Assembly (NCBI GenBank): GCA_951406725.2
Contig: OX597831.1
Location: forward strand, 81,530,001 to 81,594,000
Direction: 5' to 3'
DNA: 64,000 bases
Source of the DNA: Octopus vulgaris
Taxonomy: Eukaryota
This document shows, piece after piece, positions 30,044 to 45,353 of the stretch. How positions within the stretch are numbered: the stretch's first letter is position 1; the number at the start of each line of letters is the position of its first letter. The notes under the pieces were generated by a model, which did no database searches, was not told the origin of the DNA, and saw only the letters and a list, made by a program, of their open reading frames with translations. The position numbers and the translations under genes were made by a program.

Positions 30044-31629
30044 TTATTCACGAATATACGTTGTCTGAAAAATTTCGATCTTTGCTTCCATTCCCCTGAC
30101 ATGTATTTTTCGTATCTCTAACCCATGCTCTTTTTTTCCTTTACTTACATAGGGGGAGTACATGTTCACGAGTATGGAGTTCTGTGTTAGGCGTTCCTTA
30201 AGCTTTCTGTCCCACCATACCATGAAAAGGTTGGCCACATCACCGGCGATACTAACACCGATGACTGCCCCCTCGCACCGGGCATATATTTTATTGTGAA
30301 ACTTAAACGAGTGGCCTTTTAGGGTAACTCTTATATAAGCTCCTAGTGCATGTGCAATCATTTTCTTTACCTGATGGATATTTGCGTGGGTCCGTATGAC
30401 TCTGGTCCATCCGCTCCATCTCTCTATATGGGTCTTCCTAGCCATAGAAGTAATTGTGGGTGGTCTACCTCTTAAACATCTACTGGGGCAGAAACTACTA
30501 AGATTATGTTTATCTAGGTATTCGTTGTCATAAGTCAGTCTAAGTAGGAGGCCCAGTTCCTCTGTGTTGACATTGCGGAACTCCACCTGGCTCTCGTTGA
30601 TCATCTCCACGCACTTCACCGCAAAATCCACGTCGATCGATGGGTATAGGGATACCACATCCATGCTACCCACCATACATCCTGTCAGGCCACAAGTATT
30701 GTTACAATCATTGATCCTGCTGAGGAGATCTTCTGTGCTGTCACAAATATCAGGTGACATCCGGATTATAGGGCGTATGGTCATTGAGAAGAAGTAGGAG
30801 ATTCTATAGTTGCTAGCGATATTCGCTCCATAGACTGGTCTTGCTATAGGGTCAGTGATTACTTTATGGTCCTGCTATAGGGTCAGTGGTTACTTTATGG
30901 TCCTTGTGAAGTCCATACAGTGCCGGGATATCGTTGTTCCAGGCTTGGAAATTGTTAGCTGTGCGTTTCTGGGGTCCCAGAACAATTGTCCACATCATCA
31001 TGTGGGCGTTGACGACCTTTTCTCTCTCCTCATGTGCCTGTAAAGTTGTTACTTTCGTATTGGCGATATGAGGTTGCATTGCCTGGATGTAGTTCGGTAA
31101 TCTGTCTATTGACATCCTGCCGGACTTATCTATGGGAAGGCATACCACCTCTCCTTTCCTCGTGCGCTGAATGAGCTTACGTAGGCCACATGCGGGTTTA
31201 ATCCCGAGTTTTTGGGCCTCTGTCTTATTCTGTCTCTTAGTGTATAGTTCTAAAATCTGTCTAAGTTTGGTCCTAGCTATAGTGAACTGTGCTTCCATAT
31301 GGTCATTAGTATGTCTTTTGTTGAAGGGTAATGTTGCCGGGTAAATCCGGATCATGTTGTAAGATTTACCACATATGTTGAAGAACTGAGTGTCAAAGGG
31401 GTGGGTATACATGTTAATAGCCCTTCTATGGTTATCTTCTTCATTACCGCTACTACTACTATTTCTGTCGTTACTGTTCCCATCATCAACCCCACCACTA
31501 TTGCCACCATTACCAATATCGTTACCACCACTACTACTATTATTACTATCACCTCCACAACTATCACTACTACCATCATTACTACTTCTACTGTTACCAC
31601 CACCACCACCACCACTACTACTACTACTG

Positions 31630-31667
<38 letters not shown>

Positions 31668-31668
31668 G

Positions 31669-31724
<56 letters not shown>

Positions 31725-31785
31725 GCTGCTGCTACTACTACTACTACTACTACTACTGCTACTACTACTACTACTACTACTACTG

Positions 31786-31820
<35 letters not shown>

Positions 31821-31875
31821 GCTACTACTACTACTACTACTACTACTGCTACTACTACTACTACTACTACTACTG

Positions 31876-31913
<38 letters not shown>

Positions 31914-31914
31914 G

Positions 31915-31955
<41 letters not shown>

Positions 31956-32445
31956 GCTACTACTACTACTACTACTGCTACTACTACTACTGCTACTACC
32001 ACCACCACCACCACTACTACTACTACTGCTACTACTACTACTACTACTACTACTACCACTACCACCACCACCACCACCGCCACCACCACCACCACCACTA
32101 CTGCTGCTACTACTACTACTACTACTACTACTACTGCTACTACTTCTACTACTACTACTACTACTACTACTACTGCTACTACTACTACTACTACTACTAC
32201 CACTACTACTACTACTACTACTGCTACTACTACTACTACTACTACTACTACTGCCACCACTACTACTACTACTACTACTACCACTACCACCGCTACCACC
32301 ACCACCACCACTACCACCACCACTACTACCACTACTACCACCACCGCTACTACTACCACCACTACTACTACCGCTACTACTACCACCACTACCACTGCCA
32401 CCACCACTACCAATACTACTACTACTACTACTGCTACTACTACTG

Positions 32446-32516
<71 letters not shown>

Positions 32517-32583
32517 GCTGCTGCTACTACTACTACTACTACTACTACTACTGCTACTACTACTACTACTACTACTACTACTG

Positions 32584-32622
<39 letters not shown>

Positions 32623-32643
32623 ATACTACTACTACTACTACTG

Positions 32644-32708
<65 letters not shown>

Positions 32709-32712
32709 GCTG

Positions 32713-32776
<64 letters not shown>

Positions 32777-34305
32777 CATTATTGCTATCATTCTGGTTAG
32801 TGATATTCTCATTGTTCCTGTTTCTGGTGTATGTATTTGTGTTGGGTTTTATGTCTGTCTGTTGGTCCCTGCCATTCCCTCTCTTGTGGTTGTTATTTTT
32901 GTTCCTACAAGTAGTGTTTTCTGTTTCAAGTCTGCTGACTCCCTGTCCAAGAATTCTGTTGCATTCAACTTTATTCTCCATCGTGACCCCCATGACACAA
33001 CTTTTATTCGTGGTCCTTGTGACTATGGTTATCTGTGTGTGTGTTTGTGTGTCCGTCCCCCCTATAATTGTTGTTGTGGGTGTTGTTGTATACAATTTTT
33101 TCTCTGTTTATGTTTTTGTATTTGTATCTGTTGCTTGTGTTCATGCATTCATTTTTGCTGTTGTTGTTGTTTTTGTTGCTACGGCTGTTGTTGCTGCGGT
33201 TATTGTTGTTCGTATTGTTGTTGTTGTTGTACCTATTTAAATTCCAACGTATTTTTTTGAACGACTTTTCAATCTCGGACAGGCATTGGATGGTATTCAC
33301 CTTATCGTATATCGCATATTTTGGTGATAGTTGAAGTATCGATATTTCGTCTGGGTCCCTCGTTATTCCCCCTTAGATGTTCGCTTCATTGTCCTTGTTG
33401 AATTCTGCTGCTAGTGGGACATCTGCCATAATAATTCCGTTTATTGTATCTGGATACTTCTGTTTTTCTTCTTTTGCGAGTTTATAATGATATTTATGTT
33501 TTAACCACGACAATTTCCTTTTAAAGTGTCTACTGCACTCGTGTATAATATGTTTGTTCTCTGCATATATTGTATTCATAAGTCTGGTTCTCTCTGTTCG
33601 TGTAGTGATGTTTTTAATTTCTCTTAAAAATATACGTTTGTGTTTTTCACGCTCGCTTAGCTCTTTGTATATTTTGTTTCTAATATTTACCATCAGTGTT
33701 CTTTTTAGCTTTTCAGCTTGGCCTTTGGTGAGATCAAGCCGTTCAACGTTGGATGTGACTTTGTTGATACATATTCTGGACGAGACACATTGTTTGATAA
33801 AATGAAGCTGTTGCGTTGTCACAGTTTTCCTTAGGCAACAGAATACAGTGTCCTTCAGCTTCTTGCTAGCCTGGTTATGGCTCACGTTGTTACATTTATA
33901 TATTTGTTGTGCAAGATTTTTTATGTGAAATCGTGTGTTGAAACGGATATTGTTGTATTTAGGAATGGTCATTTTGCCAGTTTAGCCAATAAAAACACAC
34001 GCACTATATATTTGGTGTTACTTTGCTTCCGTCTGATTGTTGCGTCTGTTCTATGTGTGGACAAGATTTAAACTTCTATGTTGTTGATTGATCCTCCGTG
34101 TTCCTGCTCGGCGTGTTGGTATAGAACCGATGAGCTCTTTCCTTCCTTAAGTTCTCTCCAATTCCCATTTACCCGCTCTCCTATGCTTCGTGCCGTTTCT
34201 CCTACGTATGTCATTGTCTTGTTATTGCATCGTCCCTCTATACATCTTATACTATAGACTACATTTCTGGCTTTACAGTTTGTTTGTGGGCTAAATCTAC
34301 ACACA

Positions 34306-34308
<3 letters not shown>
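30044..34308 (-). mobile_element. Neptune-like Penelope element in partial-tandem arrangement, disrupted
   Basis: From 5' to 3' on the minus strand: GIY-YIG fragment (34304-34030), pLTR with ORF start MTIPKY (33972), N-terminal region including EIEKSFKKIRW, a repeat expansion, VVCLPIDKSGRM, IPALYGLHKDHK, then RT motifs SMDVVSLYPSI and GVSIAGDVANLFM. It is truncated near the YxDD motif (YSPYV). Frameshifts include a 31-bp tandem duplication at 30842-30903. Confidence 0.9.
31590..32780. repeat. About 1.2 kb (CTA)n/(CCA)n trinucleotide expansion inside the PLE ORF
   Basis: Directly visible. Reads as poly-Ser/Gly in the PLE frame. Confidence 0.95.
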
Positions 34309-34388
<80 letters not shown>

Positions 34389-34397
34389 GAGACAGAT

Positions 34398-34531
34398 AAT
34401 TATAAATAGAGAAATATACTTCGATAAAAATTTATTTTCCCATCGGATATTTATATTTTACAACAATTGTTTCGCATGAATATCCAGTGGTAAAATAAAT
34501 TTTATCGAAGTATATTTCTCTATTTATAATT
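34398..34531. repeat. Short fold-back, probable pLTR remnant
   Basis: Inverted arms of about 53 bp. The spacer contains the reverse complement of GCGAAACAATTGT (HHR 3' half, as at 9402). Confidence 0.65.
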
Positions 34532-34760
34532 TTATACACTCATGTTTTTCTTTCGTATCGTACTAGATATATTCTGTGAAATTTTCGAATAATACGTTTA
34601 GGAGCATTTTTCATAAGTACCACGGGATTAGTCAAATCCATATATTGTGACTTAAATATATATATACATATCGCAAATGATACTGATATATAATAGATAG
34701 ATATAGATAGCGAGACAGACAGAAAGATAGTGTAATAATGGAACGAAGGTCAAAGGGATT

Positions 34761-34804
<44 letters not shown>

Positions 34805-34890
34805 CAATTGTTTGTTTGTATTCCACCTGCCTTCGTCTTTTGTTTATTTCCGTAAACCTGCCTTTTGTCTATTTTCATAAAGCTTCCCGT

Positions 34891-34924
<34 letters not shown>

Positions 34925-34986
34925 CACTTATACATATGCATATATATATATATAGACGCACATATACATATACATACATATACATA

Positions 34987-35020
<34 letters not shown>

Positions 35021-35025
35021 TATAA

Positions 35026-35437
35026 AGCGAGCTGACAGAATCGTTAGCACACCGGGCGAAGTGCTTATCAGTATTTCGTCTGCTGCTACGTTCTGAGTTC
35101 AAATTCCGCCGAGGTCGACTTTGCCTTTCATGCTTTCGGGGTCGATTAAATAAGTACCAGTTACACGCTGGGGTCGATATAATCGACTTAATCCGTTTGT
35201 CTGTCCTTGTTTGTTCTCTCTGTGTTTAGCTCCTTGTAGGTAGTAAAGAAATAGGTATTTCGTCTGCCGTTACGTTCTGAGTTCAAATTCCGCCGAGGGT
35301 GACTTTGCCTTTCATTCTTTCGGGGGTCGATTAAATAAGTACCAGTTACGCACTGGGGTCGATGTAAATGACTTAAACCCTTTGTCTGTCCTTGTTTGTC
35401 CGCTCTGTGTGTAGCCCCTTGTGGGCAATAGAGAAAT
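35026..35437 (+). mobile_element. SINE family B tandem dimer
   Basis: Two head-to-tail units; the second (from about 35254) lacks the first ~40 nt. Confidence 0.88.
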
Positions 35438-36383
35438 ATATATACATACATGCACACATACAGAGAATGAGTGAGAGAGAGAGAAAGAGAAAGCGATGGG
35501 ACAGAAAAAGAGAGTGTATATACAAACTATACAGCTGTGCAAATGTTTCAGAATTGCCTCGTATCGTATTAAAAATTTCAAAAACAGGCGAAAACCGTCT
35601 TTCTTCCGCGCTGCCTATCTGTATGAGAGAAATATTAATGATGATAGTTTCGTGATGTACAAATCCACGAATTTATAGAAGAGAACGAGATGAGAAGATG
35701 TTTGTGCGTTACCGCAAAGACGTTGGCGTGATAAACGAATCAGTTATTGCTGTATTTTGGAAGGCGAGCGGACTTTGCTACGATATCGTGTTCGTGATGA
35801 TGATGATGATGATGATGATTAATAATGATGATGCTGATGAGAATGATGACGATGACGATAACGACGACAATGGATGACGATAACAAAGATGATAACGGTG
35901 AACCGCTGAAAAACCACCACCACCAACAAGAAGAACAACAACAACAGCGACGGGTTTTATTTTCCAATTTTCCCTGACCCTCATATCTCATATTTTGACA
36001 GTCATATGAAAGAGAGACATCAGTGTTTACTAATTAGACAACAGTTTTCCCCACCCCGCCACCACCACCACCACCACCACCTACTATTGGTCTTCCATCC
36101 ACCCCCAACACCCCTCACAAACGCAACGTAAACCAACAAAAGCGAAAACAAACCGACCCAGATACCACCCAGATACAGAAACTGTAATTTTTGTATTTTG
36201 CGGTTTTGTATCGTTTCATGTGGTTAAAGAAGACCACCACATTGAGAGGGAACTACGTTGGGGCTGTTGTGTAAATTAGGGGAGATTAGGGCAAGGAGAG
36301 GGGGGGGTCAAAATTCGAGAGGAGAAAGGAAATAACAACAAAAATAACAAGAATAAAAAATTAGGACAGTAATAACAATAATA

Positions 36384-36414
<31 letters not shown>

Positions 36415-36436
36415 CGATGACAATAACATCAACAGG

Positions 36437-36472
<36 letters not shown>

Positions 36473-36493
36473 AATAATAATAATAATAATAAC

Positions 36494-36579
<86 letters not shown>

Positions 36580-36583
36580 TAAC

Positions 36584-36642
<59 letters not shown>

Positions 36643-37024
36643 TAATAATAATAACAACAACAGCAAGAACAACAGTAATAATGACTATAATGAGTAAGAA
36701 AGCTTTTAAACAGCTGAAAGTTAAATTACAAAATAAACTCTACCACCTAACGAGAAGGTTTAATTACGGCAGTCTTTTACACAAGCTGTCACACAAACAC
36801 ACATATATTCATATATATATGTATACGCACATAACAACACACACGTACATATATACATACATATATATACAGACAGACGTATATATTTAAAAATCAAAGC
36901 TACAAATTGCGACAACAGCAATGAAGGTATTAGAAGAAAAGGATGGGAACGGCTTTTAGATTTTCGGCACAATTTATTGGAAAGAAAAAAAGAGAAGGAA
37001 CGAATGGAAACAAAAGAAGAGTCG

Positions 37025-37113
<89 letters not shown>

Positions 37114-37479
37114 ATACCTACCTGTCCACTCACTATATTTCCTACCCCCCACTCTGCTTTTGAAAATCTCTCCCTATCCAATCTTTAGTCCCACTTACAC
37201 TTCCCCGTAAATTGAGTGTAGCTTCCACCCCCACCCCCATCACACCTTTGCCATCTTCTCTCTCCTTCCTTTCTCCTTCTCTCTCACTCTCTGTCTTTCG
37301 CTCTCTCTCTCTATTCTACTGAAGTCGCCAAATTTCTCCTTTACTGTCAGACGCCTATCTCTGTCCTTCTCTCTACCCATACTCTGAGTCTCTCCTGGCA
37401 CAAATCCACTTTCTACCATATTACTCCCTCCCTCCTTCCCTCAGCTCAGGGGCACTGCTCTTGCAAATTACACGCTGGC

Positions 37480-37683
37480 CTCACTGCGGTTGCTGGTGCC
37501 ACGTAAAAGGCATCCAGTGCCACTCTGTAAAGGGGTTGGCATTACGAAGGGTATCCAGCCACAGAAACCATACCAAAATGCAGACAGCAGAGCCTGGTGT
37601 AGTCTTCCGACTTGCCTCTTCCTTTCAAAACACCCAACCAATGCCAGCGTGCAAAATGGATGTTAAATGATGATGATGATGAT
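37480..37683 (+). mobile_element. SINE/LINE 3' segment with (ATG)n tail, family C (RTE-like tail)
   Basis: GGTTGGCATTACGAAGGGTATCCAGCCACAGAAAC...CCATGCCAGC..AAAATGGATGTTAAATGATGATG. A reverse copy lies at 63238-63344. Confidence 0.7.
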
Positions 37684-38269
37684 CATGACGATGCTGGTGC
37701 TGCTGCTGATGACTTATACACACATACATACATACATACATACATACATACATACATACATACATTGATACATACATACATACATTGATACATACATACA
37801 TACATACATACATACATACAATACATACACACATACATACATACACACACACATACATACATACATACATACATACATACATTGATACATACATACACAC
37901 ATACATACATACACACATACATACACACATACATACATACACACATACACACATACACACATACATACATACATACATACATGCACACATACATACATAC
38001 ATACATACACACATACATACATACATACATACATACATACATACATACATACACACATACATACATACATACATACATACACACATACATACATACATAC
38101 ATACACACATACATACATACATACATACATACATACATACATACATACATACACACATACATACATACATACACACATACATACATACATACATACATAC
38201 ATACATACATACATACATACATACATACATACATACATACATACATACATACATACACACATACATACA

Positions 38270-38470
38270 CGTTCGTAGTGTCCTGTGGTCCGAGAAGAAG
38301 GGATTTGCAATCTCTTTCTGAATAACCTGCACAAATGATTCGTTCTAGAGTGATCAAAATATCTGTGCTGTGCATTAGTTCACTTCCTCCAAATTGATGT
38401 TGCTTGGACAGGCGCGTAATGTGGCACAAGTCTGCAGTCGAAGACATTGCAGAGCAACACAAAATATCAC
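38270..38470 (+). mobile_element. Highly decayed mariner N-terminal fragment
   Basis: RSVLWSE and DRRV...VEDIAEQHKIS resemble mariner HTH segments. Confidence 0.35.
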
Positions 38471-38863
38471 ACACACACACAAGCGCATGCGCTAATATAA
38501 TAATGAATGCATTATTAAATCAATATAAAGGCTGTTTATTTATTTCAAAACAAAGCTATTCCATATTTTACATCAAATATAATGTTTTGTCCCTTGAAAT
38601 ACTTTTTCATTGATAAACAATTTTGGAAAATTTTATGTAGGGTATAGTTCGCTGATGAAGCCAGAATTAGTCGGAAATATATTTAATGTGGTCTCCTTAG
38701 CTTGCAGCAGAAACAGAAAACAATATTTGTCTATCGTTTATATTGTTTTTATTTACTGCATACTGACTAAGATTTCGAATGCTCCAGTTCGATACGTTAT
38801 CTCACAAATACACACGCACACTCATACACAGTATACATATATGCGTGTGTATATGTATGTTTG

Positions 38864-38903
<40 letters not shown>

Positions 38904-39082
38904 AGAGAACAAGGTGTACGTTACGCCGCAATAATATATGTATAAAAGATATATATAAAAATACAAAATGGGATAAGAACGCAAACCATGTGTGTATGTC
39001 GATATATATATATATATGTGTGTGTGTCGATATATATATATGTGTGGATGTATATATATATGCATGTGTGTGTATTTTGATT

Positions 39083-39161
<79 letters not shown>

Positions 39162-39802
39162 GGATAGATAATTCGGCATATCTTTCCATCTGTCCATCTC
39201 TAGACGGATAGCTTGGTACAGAAACGATCTCTTTCATCGTTTTCAAATCTTTTAGATTGCGTTTCAGCCAGTAAAGCAAGTTTAAGGTTAATAATTGTGC
39301 CTACCTCACTCCAACCTACTCCATCTTAAGGCGTTATGACTGAAGTCAAAGGGCAACATGTCAGGTGATAGCTGCTGTCTGTTCCTGGACCCCAATCCCA
39401 CCCATAATCCCACCCATCAACCCACCCGACCAGTTATCCCCTTGTCTACATATTAATTTCTCATTCAGTTTTCGCTTTTTCATTCACTGGATCTTTGTCG
39501 TCTAATTAAGCGGACCCCTTTTTTGTGCTAAACGAAAATCGTGTTAAAAGCCCTTTCATCAAACGCTTAACACAATATGTGGACTGACAGTTAAGGGACT
39601 GTGATTAGATATTCCAGGGTGTGTGTGTTTGTGTGTGTGTATGTTTGTGTGTGTGTGTGTGTGTGTGTGTGCGTGCGTGTGTATATGCATATATATATAT
39701 ATATATATAATAACCACACATAGCCCCCCCATACAGATATATATATATGAGAGAGAGAGGTACAAAAATATATAGAAAGGTACCTTTCTATGTGAATATA
39801 TA

Positions 39803-41013
39803 CAAGGTGTATAAGGTATTTGAGGACATATATTTTGTGGTCATTGCTGCGTTTGTTGCTAACTCTGTATAATCTTTGTTTCAGAAAATAATAATGGCAG
39901 ACCCTCCGCTTATTCAAAAAGCGAAGAGGCATGCTGTTATTGTGGTTATAAAGGGCTGAGCATAGTGATTTAGAAATATCTTGATTTTTAAAAGTTGCCA
40001 GATCTTTCATCTACAAAAGCGTATCATCAGTATCAAAGTATAAAAAGCATTCTAAACGCTCTGAAATAATAAGAAAACTTGAATTTATCCACCAAGTTTA
40101 ACTGATCATTGATTACAATCCCAGAAAGTCCATAAGGTCAGTTGCAAAATATCTCCATGTGTTAGAAGGAACAGTCAGAAATGTTGTCCACGAAGACATC
40201 AGATATGAGTCTTATATGATGAGGAAAGCTCAGTTTGTTAGAAAAAGCAAAAAAAAAAAAATCACTACATCAGAGCTAAAAGGCTCTTAAACTGAAAAAT
40301 CCGGCAGAAGATTTGATTTGGTTTTTCTCAAACGAGAAAAACTTCCACCAAAATCAAAAAGTTAACAGAAGAAATGACAGATGGTTATGTGCAGACACGT
40401 CTGAAGTTCCAAGTGCTATACATACAAAAGTTCCTGCAACTGTCATGGTTTTAGGGGTTGTCAACAATGAAGGACATGTGATGCCTCCTTACTTCTTTCC
40501 ACAAGGCCTTAGAGTTAACTCTACCGCCTACATTGGGATCCTGGAAATAACTGTTAAGCCCAGGATAGACAGTGTATGCAATGATAGGTCATATGTGTTT
40601 CTCTAAGACTCTGCACTATCACACATGGCTCTAGTGACACAGGAATGGATGGCTGAAAATTTTCATGATCATATAACCCCTAACATTTGGCCTCCTAATT
40701 CCCCAGATCTCAATCCATTGGACAATAGTTGTTGAGAGGTCAATGAACATGCCCATAAAATCAAAGATGCTTTGAAAACTGCCATAGTCAGAGTAATGTC
40801 CAAAATGAGCCAGGACCAATTGATTCGAGCATGTAGATGATTTAGATCTCATATAGAAGCAGTTGTTGAAGCTGAGGGTGGCTTTATTGAATAACATTAG
40901 AGAAAAGAAGGTTTATTTTTGTCCCCAAAGCATTTTTTGATAATAGTTATTATCTGTTAATATATGTTTTTTCTTATAAACATAATCTTTCCTCAAATAT
41001 CTTACGCACCCTG
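39803..41013 (+). mobile_element. Near full-length maT (DD37D) Tc1/mariner transposon, inactive
   Basis: The left TIR CAAGGTGTATAAGGTATTTGAGGA matches the right TIR (revcomp CAGGGTGCGTAAGATATTTGAGGA), with TA on the left. Motifs are WFFSNEKNF (first D mutated), *DSA, and WPPNSPDLNPLD, with 37 residues between the 2nd and 3rd D. Stops and frameshifts are present. Confidence 0.9.
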
Positions 41014-41199
41014 TGTGTATGTGTATATAATGTGTATATATATATATATACATACGTATGAATATATGTATATATATATTCATATAAATTTAAAATCTAT
41101 CTAATTATATACATTCAATGAAGCTTTACCTAGCGTCTAACTGCTATTTCCAGCAAAAAATGGTACATTGTTGTGCTATTTCCAATACACACACATATA

Positions 41200-41235
<36 letters not shown>

Positions 41236-41244
41236 TGTATACAT

Positions 41245-41284
<40 letters not shown>

Positions 41285-41314
41285 AATATATATTATGTAT
41301 ATATATATATATAC

Positions 41315-41371
<57 letters not shown>

Positions 41372-41372
41372 C

Positions 41373-41435
<63 letters not shown>

Positions 41436-41609
41436 CATATATATACATATATATATATACATATATATATACACATATATATACATATATATATATACAC
41501 ATATATATATACATATATATACACATGTATATATATATATACATGTATATACATATATATACATGTATATATGTATATATATATACGTATATATGTATAT
41601 ATATATGAA

Positions 41610-41659
<50 letters not shown>

Positions 41660-43044
41660 TGATTTTGATTTTGATTTTGATTTTTCTAGTTTCAGCTAAT
41701 GAGCTGTGGCCATGCTGGGGCAATATATATGTATATATGTATATATGTATGTATATATCTACATATGTAAACACATACAGAGTCATATTTGTGTCGAAGT
41801 GCACGTTCATATTTTTGTCCTGCACGTATAGACTGTTGGTTTGTTTTTATGCGTTTCAATGTAAAGCACCAGTTTTCAATGATATATTGCTTATAACTAG
41901 ATTTACAAAATAAATATAACCCGTCCCTCATGTACAACCTCTGGTAATATTTTTATCCAGTTCTACTCCTTTCAATTATAACCGCACGTAATTAGCTCTG
42001 CAGTTTGTGTAGCCAACATCTCGAGGCCAATCCTATTTAATATACAGATTACAGTTGTCTCTACCATGGGTCGCTTCATTTATACGACGCCGCTATGACT
42101 TAACAAAAGATGGATTTAAGCAGTAGGTAGGCCTGGTGCCCGAAGATCCAACGATGGACTTGTGGCTATTTGCTCAGCCCCTCCATAAAGGAAAATTTCA
42201 CATTCCCTTTGAATTTTTCGAAATCTTCACACTCCTTTAAACGCAGTCCTTGCCCTTGCCAAACTTCTCATGGGGACCCTGGATATCAATGGGTTGTGTA
42301 AATAGAATACGAGCGCAAAGGAGTGGCGGAAGTGTTTGATCATCTTGCAGTATTTATTTCGGTAACTGGTGCCTTACGTTCAAAACTGTGTAGCCCTCTT
42401 TGAAGGGGTAGGCTTACGCCGTCACCCAGCTTCATATCAACATCTGGCACCTAGGCTGATTTTAGTCAAATCTACTCACTTGCAAGTATTTGGCCTTATC
42501 TTTGGTTTGAGGATACCGTCTTCCCCAATTCCCAACCCACTAGTCTTGGAAACCCTTTGAAAGGGTCCTAACCAATGATCATCGGTCTAGGAGATAAAAA
42601 ACAATTCCACTGCTTTTCGTCGCGAGACTTCAGTATTTCACAAGGATTTTCAGAAACTTCGTCCGTCGGTGGTTTCATACTTGAAGATAGCAAAATTCCA
42701 TTCAGATATAGGAGAGCAGATATGAAGAGGAGTCTAACATCCATTCCCCTGCACATTATATGACTGATATAGGGTTGTGTTGTTGGTGCTGGTGGTTGAG
42801 AGGAGAAAACTAATTCGCTTTCCCATTTCTTCCATATGATGATTGTCGTCTCTTCACCTTATTCCTATTGCATTATAAATATTATTATGCAAAATTGTAA
42901 AACCTTTACATCAATATGTATGTACAATACAATTACATATTCACAAAGTGAATATATATACAAACTTTCATACATATGGACACACACACGTGCATATATA
43001 TGTACATACATACGCACGCACAAACACACACACACACACACACT

Positions 43045-43084
<40 letters not shown>

Positions 43085-43329
43085 GGTATGTATGCATACA
43101 TATATAGATATATGAAAGCAAGTAAGCAAGTGAATATATATATATACACATATGTACGTCTGCATGTGTGTATACTCGTGTGTCGTGGTTTACAACAAGT
43201 GAATTACTGCGTAGCACCATAAATTGTAAATTGAGGATGACAAAAACGAGGTGGGTGTATTTGGTGGGAATGTATACACATACATATATCTATATACATA
43301 CATTCAGAGATACGCATAAAAATACATAC

Positions 43330-43422
<93 letters not shown>

Positions 43423-43667
43423 GTATAATCCTATAGTGAAACACGTTGCAACAACCTGAAAGAATTTCTTACAGGCTTCCCTTAACACGGGATGATACCA
43501 TCTAAGCCGATTTATACACAAAGAATTCCTTACTTTGGTCCAAGATTTCTTGCTAATCTTTGAAAACGGTCAATTCCAGCTTCTGCACTGATCCGATCGG
43601 AAATACTTCGCCAGCAACAACAACGGAAAAATAGTACAAACATATATAAATACAAATTATGTTTATT

Positions 43668-43698
<31 letters not shown>

Positions 43699-44180
43699 CA
43701 GCAGATGAGGATGATAATGGAGAAGAAAAGAAAGATTTAGTTTCGATGTCAGACAGGGCGAACATATTCACATCTTCATGTTAATCTCTAAGGTACATAT
43801 CCTTAGCATAAAGACATTACACACTCACACACACACACACGCATAATCATACACAGAAAGGAGGAGAAAGGAAGACGGTATGTATTTCAGAGTATTTTAT
43901 ATACTCATACATGTATGTGTGTGTGTGTGAGTGCGTGTGTGTGTGTGTGAGTGTGTGTGTGTGGTAGGTTAAAAAAAGTTAAAATGGCGCTATTTGACGA
44001 ATTCAATTTCCTGAGAATTCCATCTCCATTGATATTAAGAAAGGTATAAACCTCATACACACACATTCAACCTGTTTAAAAATGCCTGATATGTTTGTGT
44101 GTGCGTATACATACCTGCCTGCCAGCCTGCCTGCCTGTCTGTCTGTCTGTCTGTCTGTTTGTCCGTCCGTCCATCAGTCC

Positions 44181-44285
<105 letters not shown>

Positions 44286-44334
44286 ATATATATACACCAT
44301 AATATATATATATTCTTCTATTCTTTTATTCATT

Positions 44335-44712
44335 TATTTATTTTGGTCATTTGACTGCGGCCACACTGGAGCACCGTCTTAAAGGGTTTTAGTCGAAGAA
44401 ATTGACCTCAGGACTTATTCTTTTTGAGCCTAGTACTTATTCTAACTGCCAATTTACGGGGACATAAACACACCAGCATCAGTTGTCAGGCGATGGCAGG
44501 TGGGGGGAAGGCAAACGCAGACGCACACATAAATATACACACACACACAAGCATCCCCCCCCCCACAAATATACGACGGACTTCTTTCAGTTTCCGTCTA
44601 CCACATCCACTCACAAGGCTTTGGTCGACTCGAGGCTATAGTAGAACATACTTGGCCACGCAGTGGGACTGAACCTAGAACCATGTGGTTAGGAAGTAAT
44701 TTCCTTGCGACA
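44335..44712 (-). mobile_element. SINE family A, diverged
   Basis: Same body and tail as 816-1192. Confidence 0.85.
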
Positions 44713-45311
44713 CATTATCTAATGTACCTTCCTTTTTCAAAAACTAAAATGAACTTACTGCTCTTTTCAGCACAGCACGTGGTTTCATTGTGTCTCCGCC
44801 GTTGTCACAGTGAAAGTTTTTCCAGGAGTAGAAAGCAATTAGTGAGAACTTGATCAATCGGTTGCTAATTAAACGACTGACAAGGCTGCTAGACTGACAA
44901 ATGAAGCGATCAGGCAGCTTTGCTTAATCTCAATTGATGCACTTAGTCGCGTTCCTTCCTTTTAGATTTTCAATTCAGCTCCTTCGTTCTCTGTCAGTGG
45001 CTGGATAATATAAATACCAGTCACGTTCGGTGGCCGAGTTCATTGACGGTATTATGGTGGTCTTGTTCTAGTGATGGTCCTTTTGCCATCGTTACCGTCA
45101 TCATCGTTACAAAAGTAAAACATAACAGAAACACGTCGAATGCATCACGGTGGGAGAATGCGTTGCATTACAGATAACGATGAGGCGGAGGAACAGATTA
45201 TCATCATCCATATTCTCGTATGTATTTATGTATGTAAGGTATGTATGTGTGTATGTATGTACGTACGTAGGTACGTAAGTATATATGTATGTATGTAAGT
45301 ATGTATGTATG

Positions 45312-45353
<42 letters not shown>

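Noticed and set aside
31352-33260. 486-619 aa poly-Val/Leu/Thr (mucin-like) ORFs
   Set aside because: They are alternative frames of the (CTA)n expansion inside the Penelope element.
38646-38690. CTGATGA...GAAA hammerhead-like motif
   Set aside because: Stems I-III do not pair convincingly.
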